From positions 29,016,001 to 29,080,000 of the forward strand of contig OY740811.1 in the NCBI GenBank assembly GCA_963514005.1: 64,000 nt of DNA, written 5' to 3'. Below the pieces are notes generated by a model that saw only the letters and a list, made by a program, of their open reading frames with translations, did not search any database and was not told the DNA's origin. Made by a program: the position numbers and the translations under genes. Shown here piece after piece: positions 53,701 through 64,000 of this stretch. The DNA comes from Raja brachyura. Lineage: Eukaryota. The stretch's first letter is position 1, and each line of letters opens with the position of its first letter.

Positions 53701-56700
53701 AAAAGAGTAGAGTGTGACTGGTGGACAATAGGGTATGGGGGACCTAGCGGAGCTGCAGTTAAATGAAAGTCAGAGATGGTTTGGCAGAGAAGAGAGTAAT
53801 TGCATATAAGAGTCAAGGTCCAAGTAACTGAATGAATTGAATGTTGGCTTGGAGTGGGGAAGTACATATTGGAATGACCTGTATTGGGGCCAATGTTGAT
53901 TTATATGTACGTGAACATATGCACATTTTTAACCTTTTTTCAGTGCAATTAAGAAATAGGACTAAATTAGTGCTCTACAAAGCCATATTTGCAGCCCTTT
54001 TGTTAATCCATTTTGCAAGATCTGAACCATTATTTTCTGCTATAAATATGAGGCTAACCGATTTATATGAAAAGTGAATTATAGTCATGCTTAGCTTTTC
54101 CCTTTAAATAAATATGTAGCATTTGCCTTTTTCAGTCCTTACGGTGCAGTTTCTGTTTTCAAAGTATCTTCCTTAGTGGCTCTGCTCTCACTGCGTATAT
54201 GATAATTAATATCTCCAGTTCATGATAATTAACATGTTCGTTTTACTTTATGTTAAAGCCAAATGTACTTAGAATATGCTCTTGCATCCTTGCGGTTGGT
54301 TCATTTGCTTGTGCTCGATCTTGTTTGTATTTAACTTGATGTTAAAGGAAGAATATTTACTTGTCATTTTGCAGGAGGATCTGAGAAGCTGTTGCGGGTC
54401 TGCTTAAACCTCCCCTACTTCCTGCGATATATTAACCGTTTCCAAGACGCTGTCTCAGCCAACTCATTTTTCATAATGCCTGCTACAGTTGCAGACGCAA
54501 CTGCAGTGCGGAATGGGTGAGTTGTAAACATTCAGTGGGGACTGACGACTCTGTTTCACTTTTCATTTCATTGGTTAAAACGTATTGATTGATGTGAGGC
54601 AAATTCAAAATTATCACTTTTTTGTCTGTATAAATGATTCGGGTAATACATTTTGAATGGTTAATTTACTCTGGGTAGAAATTTGACTGATCCGCATGTC
54701 TTTTTAAACACTAGTGGGGTGTGATTTTTGATTTCTCCCATACATTGTTTTCTAAATATTCTCTTTAACGCTATATCTACAGATTCCATTCCTTGGTTAT
54801 TGATGTTACCATGGCACTGGACACACTCTCGTTGCCTGTTCTTGAGCCTCTGACCCCTGAAAGATTACAGGATGTGACCGTATTAGCACTGAGTTGTTTA
54901 TATGCAGGTCTGTATACGAACAAATAAAATGTCTTTCCAAGGCTGGGAAACAGCAGATTAAACTGATGGAATGAATGTGTCCTTTTAAATGTCATTTTCA
55001 TGAGAGGAATTGTGAAAGTAGGATTGGTAGAAACCATACCCAATGTTCTCCATCAATAGGATTATATTGAGCAATGTGGTCATTTTGTTAACATTTTTGT
55101 ATAATTTTCTATCAGTTGTCATGCATGTTATAATCATAGAATGGTTATTGCACTGAAGGATGCAATTTGGTCCATTATTCCCCTGCCCGCTCTCTACCAG
55201 AGCAGCTCACAAATTCTATCTCACCCTGCCTTTTCTCTACAGCTTTGACAATTTTCCCTCCCCATAAATTTATCCAGCTGTCCCTTGAGGGCCTCGGTGA
55301 AATCTGCCAAATCCAAACCTACAGATTTCAACTATGTACTGTGCAAAAAAAAAACCCATGTCAGTGTTTCATACCTGTATCTAATTGTTGACCCTTCAAC
55401 CACAGGAACATTATCAACCCTATCCAGATCTCATCATTTCGCCTATTTCTGTCAGGTCTTCCCTCAGCCTCTTCTCTCCAGAACATATTCAGAGCCTCCA
55501 ATCTATCCGTTACACTTTAGTTTCTTATTCCTGGAACAATTTTCATAAATCTCTCCTGGACCTTATCTAATGCCATCACATCCTTCCAGATGCAGTGATC
55601 AGGTGTGACCACAGTTGAATGTGGGCCAGCGAATGATAAAGATCTTTCCTTCTTAATGCATAACATCCCTTCCTTTATACTTTGTCTCAGTTCATGATGC
55701 TCAGAATTACATATGCCTTATTTCTTCATCTGCTTTGCCAAGTTTAATGATGTCAACCCTGTCCACAGGTCCAGCAGTTCCTGCATGCCTTTTAGAACAA
55801 TATCCTTTATATTGCTGCTCAGTTTCCTCTAAAAATGAATCAACTAACATTTATTTTCATTAAAACATCATCTTTCATATGTCATTCCATTTTACCAGCC
55901 TAGCTAGAAAATGCTGCAATTTTATCAGTTGTCTTTTTGCAATACTGCCAATATTTGTGTCATCTGCAAATTTAAAAATTGTGTCTTGCACACACGTCTT
56001 GGGCCAGAAAAGGAAATGCTTCTAGCACAGCTTCCCGTGGAGTATCATTATTCATCTTCCCTGGTGCGTTATAGAACAAGTATTGACGACAATCTGTTAT
56101 CTGTTATTGGGACAACTTAGTGTTCATGCTCTTAATTTAATTTTTATGCCATGAGCCTCATCTTTACTAATGAGCACCTTATCAAAATCCATTTTCTAAA
56201 CTCACATGCAACTGCATTACCCTCATCAACCTTATTCGTCATGTCATTAAAATAAAATAAAATTTGATTTGTACTTGTGGACTTGCATTAATTAATTTCA
56301 TTTCCTCCAGTTGAATCTTAGTAAAATTCCCAATCAAAGATTCTGAGAAGTTTTCCCACCGCTGAGATAAAACTGATAAACATGTAATATTTGTCACTCT
56401 ACAGTTCTCAGGCCCAGCCCCTGTATCCAAAGAGTGATGAAAAATTATGGTCCGTGGCCTCATAATTCCTTCCCATGCTTGCGTGAAAATCCTAGATGCA
56501 AATCATTGATGCAGATTTTTTTAATATGTTAATAACCCAAAGCTCCCCCTTTGTTTTCCCAGGAAATACAAATTATTTCTTATTTAAGCTTTCCTTTTGA
56601 AGGCCATAAAGTTGGTTTCTAATCATACAATCTAAACCAGATTTGAATGTTTTAAAATTGTAAATTTCTAGTATTCTTTCACTAGGAGTGAGTGTTGCGA

Positions 56701-59700
56701 CATGTATGGCTATTCTACATGTAGGCAGTAGCTTGCAAGTTCGATCTGGATCTACCAGTAAAGATGAAGACTATGAAAATGATGCAGCTACAATTGTACA
56801 GAAATGTGTAAGTGCTGTATGACTAGATGTATTTTACAGTATTGCAATTAATCTTTGGAATAATGCTAGCACTTGGGATAAATTCGATTTGCTTTTGTTT
56901 TCGTTGTGTTAATGTTGTTCAGATAAAAGTGAGTGTGTTACTCTACCAAGCCAGATGCTGGTAAGATGCTGGTTAGAATAAGATAGTGATCAATCGGGGA
57001 ATATGTTGAGAAGAATCCCAATTACATGCAGGCATTTGAGTCGTCATTATCTTAAGCAGTCCCTTGGCATCAAGGAGGACTTGTTCCTCCTTTGGTTCAA
57101 GGTGACTGACGAGGCCATTGTGGGAACCACAGACATTTTGGGCTAGTAAGTGCCTCATGGTACGGACAGGTGGGTGGTTTGTGAGGCACTTACATGGATG
57201 GCTATTGCGATTCCTAGTGTCATCTTGTGTGATGCTATGTCACAGTCCTGATTCCCAGAATGTATTTTCTCAAGTAGCTGCGAGATCATCCTTGGATCTT
57301 CAGTGCCTTGTTCGTCAGTAGTTTTGTTTCCAGAAGACTTTATGATGTTTTTTTTCACATGCTTGTCCTGTTAAGTTGGATGAGGGCAGTCCTGTTGTAT
57401 GTTTCACATCAGCTGCATTGGAACTGCTACAAGATAAATTCACGTAGTTATTATGGCTTACTGGATCTGAGCAGGTTATGGGATTAAAGAACTATGCTAA
57501 AAGCGCGTCTTGAACCTTTCTGCAGGATATATTCTAATTCTAACAATTTTCAGTTTTGTTCAACTTGATTTAGTTAGGGACCATGCTATTTGTTAATAAT
57601 TTAAAGCATCAACAACGGGGTTGTCATTCAGCTATATAACATGTTTTGCTATAAGCCGTAAAACTCAAGGTATGAATTTGCCATTGTCCTCCCCCTTCTC
57701 CACGTTCTGGCTCTGCGGGTGTGATATGGATGTATATAACGCATTTCCTGATTGCTTGAATGCAGCACTAAATTAATATTTCATTTATTATTGCAGTTGG
57801 AAATTTATGACATGATCGGTCAAGCAATTAACAGCTCACGACGCGCAGGTGGGGAGGTAAGATGTCTCTGTAGTACGTTTGGTATGCTTCATTAGCTGGG
57901 GCTTCAGCACAAGAATCAGGAAGTCATGTTACAGCCCTAAAACTTTGGTTTAGCTGTATTTGGAGTATTGTGCGGCTCTTAGCATCCAATTACAGGAATA
58001 ATGAGGGTACTACGAAGTCTATCAGGATGCGGCCTGGATTAGAGTGCAATGGTAATGAGGAGAGAATGGACAGACTTGGATTATTTCCCTCTGGAATGTT
58101 TGTGGTTGAGGGGAGACAAAATATGAGAGGCATTGATCAGTTAGACAGGTCAGAATTGTAGTTGAATTTGGCTTAATTTGGTTTAATTAATCTCGTTCAT
58201 CACAGATCTCACGGGCCAAAGGGCCTGTTCCTGTGCTATGCTGCTCTATGTTCTAATTGCTGATAGTCCCCGGGTTGCAAACCCTGTGTCACAGATCCAA
58301 TTGAATTCCTTGCACAATCTGGATGATGCAGGTTCAATGACAGTGTGAGACTGGAAACTCCAGAAGACTTGCCTAGTAACAACCTGGACTCAGACATAAG
58401 AGCATTGTGTCTGAGTCCAGATGGTTGGCAGATTGATGCTCTGGTCCTTGGAGTTCTTACTTTAATTAATGTAGAAATCAGAGGAAGGAGATATTATTAA
58501 AATAATCTGCATCAGTTGCTGCAGTTGAATCCCATAGATTCTGCTCTACTGCAGTGTACTGATGGAAATGTTCTGCAATCCTCTTGTATGTTCCCAGTCT
58601 GTCAACTGATTGTCTCAGTTCGCTATGTATAGGTTATCAAACCTGTAATTTTGCCCTCTGACTAGATGACAACAATGGAGCGAACACGACTTTATACTTG
58701 TGGTTTCATTTACCAGTTGCTCATTAAACGGAACAATGCATTATATATCACAAGTTCAGAGTATTTTGCTGAGAGAGCACTGAGGATAGAAGTTAATATA
58801 TGTAGCAACTGTAAATGTATAGAAGCAAATACCTTGTGGCATTGTTTGCAATTTATCTAAAGATATCCTTTGCTATGGAACAGCTGAAAGATTTGAATGA
58901 AACAAATGGGATGCTGTCCTGACTAAATATGTAAAGTATTTATAGATTTTGAAAGCAAAATGTTGAAAATATTTAATCTGTTGCCAGTTATTAATTTTTT
59001 TTTGTACTTTCTCCCCAGCATTATCAAAACTTCCAATTATTGGGTGCCTGGTGCCTTCTAAACAGCCTCTACTTGATCCTGAACCTTAGTCCTGCAGCGC
59101 TGGCTGACAAGGGGAAAGAGAAAGACCCACTGGCTGCTCTTCGAGTCCGTGACATTGCTGCTCGTGCCAAAGAAGGAGCCGGGTCGCCCAAATTAGCACC
59201 TGTTAAAGGGTGAGTGAATAATCATAGAAACATAGAAATTAGGTGCAGGAGTAGGCCATTTGGCCCTTCGAGCCTGCACCGCCATTCAATATGATCATGG
59301 CTGATCATCCAATTCAGTATCCCGTACCTGCCTTCTCTCCATACCCTCTGATCCCCTTAGCCACAAGGGCCACAACTAACTCCCTCTTAAATATAGCCAA
59401 TGAACTGGCCTCAACTACCCTCTGTAGCAGAGAGTTACAGAGACCCACCACTCTAAAGGATTTTCCCCTTATCCTTAAGCTGTGACCCCTTGTCCTGGAC
59501 CTCCCCAACATCGGGAACAATCTTCCTGCATCTAGCCTGTCCAACCCCTTAAGAATTTTGTAAGTTTCTATAAGATCGCCTCTCAATCTCCTAAATTCTA
59601 GAGAGTATAAACCGAGTCTATGCAGTCTTTGTTCATAAGACAGTCCTGACATCCCAGGAATCAGTCTGGTGAACCTTCTCTGCACTCCCTCTATGGCAAT

Positions 59701-62700
59701 AATGTCCTTCGCTGGATAATGTAGTAGAGTTTCTCGAAAGAGGTGGATTGTGCAATAAACTCCTTGGATTCTACTTCCAGTCAGTAACAATGCTTTGACA
59801 CTCATTTTTCTTTTTTTTTCTTCTCTCAGTTCCAAATAAAATCAGTAAATTTTGAAAAATCAAACCATTGTTTCATTGGCAAAATGTATATAAACCAATT
59901 TATTTTTCTATTGCTCAATAGAACATAGAAGAGTAGAGCACGGGAACAGATCCATTGACGTACAATGCTTGTGCCGAACCTATTACCAAGATAAACTAAC
60001 CTCATTTGTCTGCACATGATCCATATCCCTCCATTCCGTGCATATATTCATGTGCCTACTTCAAATGCCACTATCGTATCTGCCTCCACCGTGGGCCAGC
60101 ACTGGCAGTGCTTTTCCAGGCATCCAACTTTCCTCTCTGGTTTTATAAAAAATTCTATGTTATGTTTGCTTTTTAATACTAATGGTCCGGGCAAGTTCAT
60201 ATTTGTATCTGGAACAAGACAGATCAAAATAAGTCATAGAGTCATACAGCACGGAAACGTGCCATGCCGACCAAGATGCCCCTTGTATGCTAGACACAGC
60301 GCCCCACGTTTGGCCCACATCCCCCTAAACCATTCCTATCCATTTATCTGTTCAAATGTCTTTTGAATTATGTAGTAGTACCTGCCTGAACTACCTCCTC
60401 TAGCAGCTTGTCCATATACCCACCTCCATCTGTTGAAAATGTTACCGCTCAGTTTCCTGTTAAATATTTCTCCTCTCACCGTAAACCTATGTCTTCTGGT
60501 TCTTGATTCTCCTACTCTGGGTCAAAGTCTCTGTGCATTTACCCTATCTATTCCCCTTATGATTTTATACATCTCTATAAGATCACCGCTCAGCCTCCAA
60601 CACTCCAGGGAATATAGTCCTTGCTTACCCATTTTGTTAAAATTCTGTCTGCATTGTCTACTACCTGGATAGTCTAAAATGTTTCAAACAGATGGCCTCG
60701 TGTAGTTCAATAAAAAGGTTGACATTAGTCTGACTTCCTTTCCTGCAGACATCAAGGATTTGGCATTTTGTCTGTGGTTCTGGCAAATCATGCTATCAAA
60801 CTGTTGACGTCACTCTTTCAAGATCTACAAGTGGAGGCTCTCTACAGGGTAAGTGGCAGTTCTTTAGTTTAGTACACAGAGTTACACTTGAGAAACCTGT
60901 TTAGCTTTTTGAAGTTAGCCTAGATTTGGATTTCTCAGGATAAAAAGTGAAGCAGAGGTTAAATGCATTAGAGATCTGCTTGTATATATGAAAAAAACAA
61001 CCAGAGATGCTGCCTGACCCGCTGAGTTACTCCAGCATTTTGTGGCTATCTTCAAACAAAAAGCAACTAGATGGAAGCATAAAATAATGATTTAAGTTTA
61101 TAACGCTTTCCTTGGGACCTTGGTTATCCCAACACATTGTTCTTTTGAAGCATGACGGAAACGGTCCATGAAAAGTAGCAAGAAGCAACGCTGTTAATGA
61201 AAGACAAACTTGCCAACACTTCATTTGTTTGTGCACCGTGCTATGCTCAGAATACCTGCAGTGTCTGTGTATGCAAGTTTATTCAAAAGAATATAATATC
61301 CTGGTAAAATTTCAGTGAGTTTGCTTAAGGAATAAATATTATCTCAAGATATTGGATTGATCTTACCTGCTGTCATTTGAAATATCCCAAAATATAATTT
61401 ATATTGACCTTAGTGGGCAATCAGGATCATAGTTTAAAGTCCCACCCAAAGATAGCAGGCCTGATGTTGGTAATACAAAGCTAAATTATATGTTTACCTT
61501 TTGAGTACAAATTGTGCACGTGCATACTATAAAGAGTATCTTTTTTTCATATGTAAATGTACCCGGTTATTTGGACACGGTGTAACAATGGATTATTTTG
61601 ATTTCAACAGGGTTGGAGAGGCGACGGTCCACCGGCAGAGCTAAATATAAGGGCACAGAGCTCCTCCATTCAGCGTGTCCAGAGACTGATTGAATCTGTT
61701 CCCCTCACCAACTTGCTTTTCACACTTTTGTCAACATCTTATAGAAAGGTAACCACTTCTACAATGGAGTGCCACAATGAAGCCAAATTGGTCGCCAAGT
61801 TTGTGCTGACTCTGTGTTGAACAGTTCGCAAATAACTTGCGGATTTGCTTCTTCCCCATATCTCACGATTGTCCTCAATCTGCCTAACTAGATCCTCCCC
61901 CACCCTCCCGTTCATGCATTCTTTCTTGGTTTCCATTGTTTGTCCAGTGTCCTTGTAACAAGATTAAATGGTCTCAATGACTCTCTTGAAGATTTTATCT
62001 TTTGTGAGGTTAGTGATTCAATCCTAGTGTAACAGTATGATTTTGTGTAGTTCATTTATATTTGTCAACACAAAATTAATGCACACTGGTATTAAAATAA
62101 TGGTTGCCAACAAATGTAAGATCAATCCTTTGGGTAAACGCTGCCCTACACCTAAAAGACTTAAAAAATGAAGGTTTTTATTTCCACAATTATTTGGGGG
62201 AGAAAAATACACCTTTCATTGGCCTTTGTGTGGGGGCACGTGACCTTCATGGTTTCACCCTTCAATGGTTCATCTCCAATTTTGTTGTATCGTCTTGTTT
62301 TAAATTGCTCAGTGGAGGAGATTGTTTCCCTCTTTATGATTCCAAACACCTTATCTCATCCATCAACCGCCTAAACTAAAGAATAGATATCATCATTCGT
62401 TATCATCATTATATCTCAATGTAATTCTGATGAATCTTGTGTTGTATCTCTTGCTTGGTGTCTATTTGTTGCCCTACTCAACAGAATGCAGATTGGTTTG
62501 ATCAGGGCTCATTGCAATTGTACCTTTGTACCATCATAATTTTGAGAAAGTTGTTTGGTGAAGACATTCAAATGTTTTCCGCAGTGTTCAGTTTCCTATA
62601 GAGAGTCACTGTTCATGCTGTACAGTTTCCTATAGGAATTCCCTGTCTTGGCCAGTGCATTGTGTTATTATATTTACCAGGTTGTAGATGTGGTGATTAA

Positions 62701-63789
62701 AATTGTTATCATTTTACACCTCCAGGCTTGTGTCCTTCAACGCCAGCGCAAAGGTTCTGTGAGCAGTGATGTCAGTGCATCCACTGATTCAAACACTTAT
62801 TATGAAGACGATTTCAGTAGCACTGAAGAGGACAGTAGTCAAGGTAGTCTCAGGATTTATGTTATGTTCTGAGACTTAATGTGGGTCAAAATGGTCAATT
62901 TATGATTCTTAGCCCAGGCGTTTTCCAGATTTACAGAATACAAACTGCAATAAATTTCTAAAATATCAATTATTTCTGGGTCCGGCTTTAGTGCCCTTTA
63001 GATTTCAACACATTTCAATGACATTAGAATTAGAACAGCTTTAAAAGAGATCTGCTAGGTACATTCAAAATTATGAATGACATCCATTTAGTATATCTGC
63101 TGGTGATTGAACAATTATTTATATTTATCAGTGTTTGCAGACCTATTATTGGGCTTGCAGACCTGCTCTGCTGCAGGGAAGAACTTCATTGTTCTGTGTT
63201 AGGTACATATGACACTTGACACTTGAATTGATAATCGGATGATATTCACCAAATCAAATTTCAAGGGAAGGGTTCAGAGTATTTTAGCACATTATTGCAA
63301 TGTGTAATTCTCCACAGTTACACTGGTGGATCCTGAAATCATTAATAAAGTTTTGAACGTGGATATTTGGAGACTGGAACATACAAACATATTCCATACA
63401 TTGGAGTAAGGGCAGGGATATAGGACAATATAGGTCACCCTGGAGGGACTGGGTAGATTGGACGGTTTCCTTTTGTTCTTTATACATCTGCAACTGCACA
63501 TTACATTTGTAATTCATTCATGATTGCGATGCAAGTTGTGCTACTGTTACTTGAATTACTCTTGCTTTGAACAGTGGGGGCATCTGTGTTGTACTTTATA
63601 GATGACGACAGTGAGCCGATTCTTGGCCAGTGGTTTGAAGAGACTATCTCACCCAGTAAGGAAAAATCAGCACCACCCCCTCCTCCACCACCCCCTCCCC
63701 TGGAGAGCTCCCCACGGCTGAAGAGCCCAAGTAAGCAGACTACTGGGGAGAATGGCAACATACTAGCGAGTCGCAGAGACCCCGAGCTG
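38465..63789 (+). CDS. UBR4: E3 ubiquitin-protein ligase UBR4 (p600), exons 1-15, 631 codons, 3'-partial
   Basis: WSAAVRPLLAASYSTFE...KHLILLIKGLCTGCSRLDRTEIITFTAMMKSAKLP...DDDSEPILGQWFEETISPSKEKSAPPPPPPPPPLESSPR; GT-AG, in phase. Confidence 0.98.
39601..39895 (+). mobile_element. near full-length tRNA-derived SINE (HE1-like)
   Basis: GGCGGCACGGTGGCGCAGCGG head, Box B, CR1-like 3' end. Confidence 0.85.
40105..40324 (-). mobile_element. young HER1/CR1 3' end nested in an older CR1
   Basis: Near identical to 59226-59445; TATA flanks at 40101-40104 and 40325-40328. Confidence 0.85.
42380..42770 (-). mobile_element. degenerate CR1 3' fragment
   Basis: Similar to 34981-35447. Confidence 0.65.
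45140..45430 (-). mobile_element. tRNA-derived SINE
   Basis: Reverse complement of the 39601 family. Confidence 0.75.
46416..46513 (+). CDS. UBR4: UBR4 exon 2
   Basis: EKEILHHDKHYEPFYSSFVALSAHYISTVCTQ. Confidence 0.96.
46778..47003 (-). mobile_element. CR1/HER1 3' end
   Basis: (ATAGAAAC)n tail plus 3'UTR. Confidence 0.85.
47288..47391 (+). CDS. UBR4: UBR4 exon 3
   Basis: IPRNQLLSVTAACKILIEFSLMRLENPDEACAVSQ. Confidence 0.96.
47752..48595 (-). mobile_element. GC-rich non-autonomous retroposon-like element
   Basis: TATTA direct repeats (47747-47751 and 48596-48600); minus strand ends AATAAA followed by a (TGTCCTT)-like tail. Confidence 0.6.
48906..49958. mobile_element. nested TIR element of unassigned superfamily
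   Basis: TIRs GTAGCAATGTTACAA / TTGTAACATACCTAC (2 mismatches); CTATTAGTA direct repeat across both junctions. Confidence 0.7.
50160..50312 (+). repeat. polypurine (G/A) low-complexity tract
   Basis: About 150 bp of almost pure purines. Confidence 0.85.
50982..51111 (+). CDS. UBR4: UBR4 exon 4
   Basis: KHLILLIKGLCTGCSRLDRTEIITFTAMMKSAKLPMTVKTLSD. Confidence 0.96.
51185..51785 (+). mobile_element. CR1 3' fragment with a nested short retroposon
   Basis: ORF 51390-51596 has FTQSVMGIWNELPEEVVEAG. Confidence 0.75.
51850..51989 (+). CDS. UBR4: UBR4 exon 5
   Basis: VEDQKE...ELRQKEVQMNFLNQLTSVFNP...TVTP. Confidence 0.94.
52939..53041 (+). CDS. UBR4: UBR4 exon 6
   Basis: VDGESDDQTVTDQA...FIAQNVSSLQAL. 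Confidence 0.95.
53198..53327 (-). mobile_element. short hammerhead-family retroposon
   Basis: 10-bp TSD CAATTGGGCT (53188-53197 and 53328-53337). Confidence 0.75.
54375..54516 (+). CDS. UBR4: UBR4 exon 7
   Basis: GGSEKLLRVCLNLPYFLRYINRFQDAV...ATAVRNG. Confidence 0.96.
54783..54907 (+). CDS. UBR4: UBR4 exon 8
   Basis: FHSLVIDVTMALDTLSLPVLEPL...LSCLYA. Confidence 0.96.
56686..56807 (+). CDS. UBR4: UBR4 exon 9
   Basis: GVSVATCMAILHVGS...DAATIVQKC. Confidence 0.96.
57797..57856 (+). CDS. UBR4: UBR4 exon 10
   Basis: LEIYDMIGQAINSSRRAGGE. Confidence 0.96.
59019..59209 (+). CDS. UBR4: UBR4 exon 11
   Basis: HYQNFQLLGAWCLLNSL...KGKEKDPLAALRVRD... Confidence 0.96.
59223..59709 (-). mobile_element. 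young CR1/HER1 3' fragment
   Basis: ORF 59314-59835 is nearly identical to the C-terminus of ORF 5034-6044; ATAGAAAC tail. Confidence 0.92.
59920..60630 (-). mobile_element. two degenerate CR1 3' fragments
   Basis: Similar to 24383-24700 and 19157-19790. Confidence 0.65.
60749..60848 (+). CDS. UBR4: UBR4 exon 12
   Basis: HQGFGILSVVLANHAIKLLTSLFQDLQVEALYR. Confidence 0.96.
61611..61748 (+). CDS. UBR4: UBR4 exon 13
   Basis: GWRGDGPPAEL...LLSTSYRK. Confidence 0.96.
62726..62843 (+). CDS. UBR4: UBR4 exon 14
   Basis: ACVLQRQRKGSVSSDVSASTDSNTYYEDDFSSTEEDSSQ. Confidence 0.96.
63602..63789 (+). CDS. UBR4: UBR4 exon 15
   Basis: DDDSEPILGQWFEETISP...ILASRRDPEL, donor GTGAGT. Confidence 0.96.
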
Positions 63790-64000
63790 GTGAGTGAATT
63801 CCAGCAACAAATAAGTCGAATATCATGTCAAACTGTTTTTGATAAATCAGGAGGTCAAAATATTTTTTGTTTTAGTTGTGGATCTCTCATGTTTAAATAA
63901 TTTGAAGGGCTGGCTTTTTAAATTAATCTGTGAAACTAAGCTACATATTATCTTTATTATTGAAAGTTAACTCTTGAATCATTTGGTACATCAAATTGCT

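Overview
Vertebrate genomic DNA. The repeat content (HER1/CR1-type LINEs and HE1-type tRNA-SINEs) points to a cartilaginous fish such as a skate or ray; this is an inference. Three spliced genes lie in the same arrangement as on human 1p36.13. MRTO4 is on the minus strand (8 coding exons, 234 aa). It sits head-to-head with EMC1 on the plus strand (22 constitutive coding exons, 959 aa), followed by the first 15 exons of UBR4 (plus strand, 631 codons, runs off the window). All exons were assembled by hand with GT-AG boundaries and consistent phase. Introns are crowded with CR1 fragments, SINEs and non-autonomous DNA transposons. The best novel signals are: (1) a 135-bp retroposon with an 11-bp target-site duplication (TSD) whose first 54 nt fold into a minimal HDV/CPEB3-like self-cleaving ribozyme (32251-32385, minus strand); (2) an abundant short retroposon family carrying a minimal Penelope-type hammerhead core; (3) a 9-nt in-frame EMC1 microexon candidate in a neural splicing-code context (20539-20547); (4) a 34-bp tandem repeat that puts upstream ATGs in all three frames before EMC1. 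Boundaries of old repeats are approximate, and family names come from recognition, not database searches.
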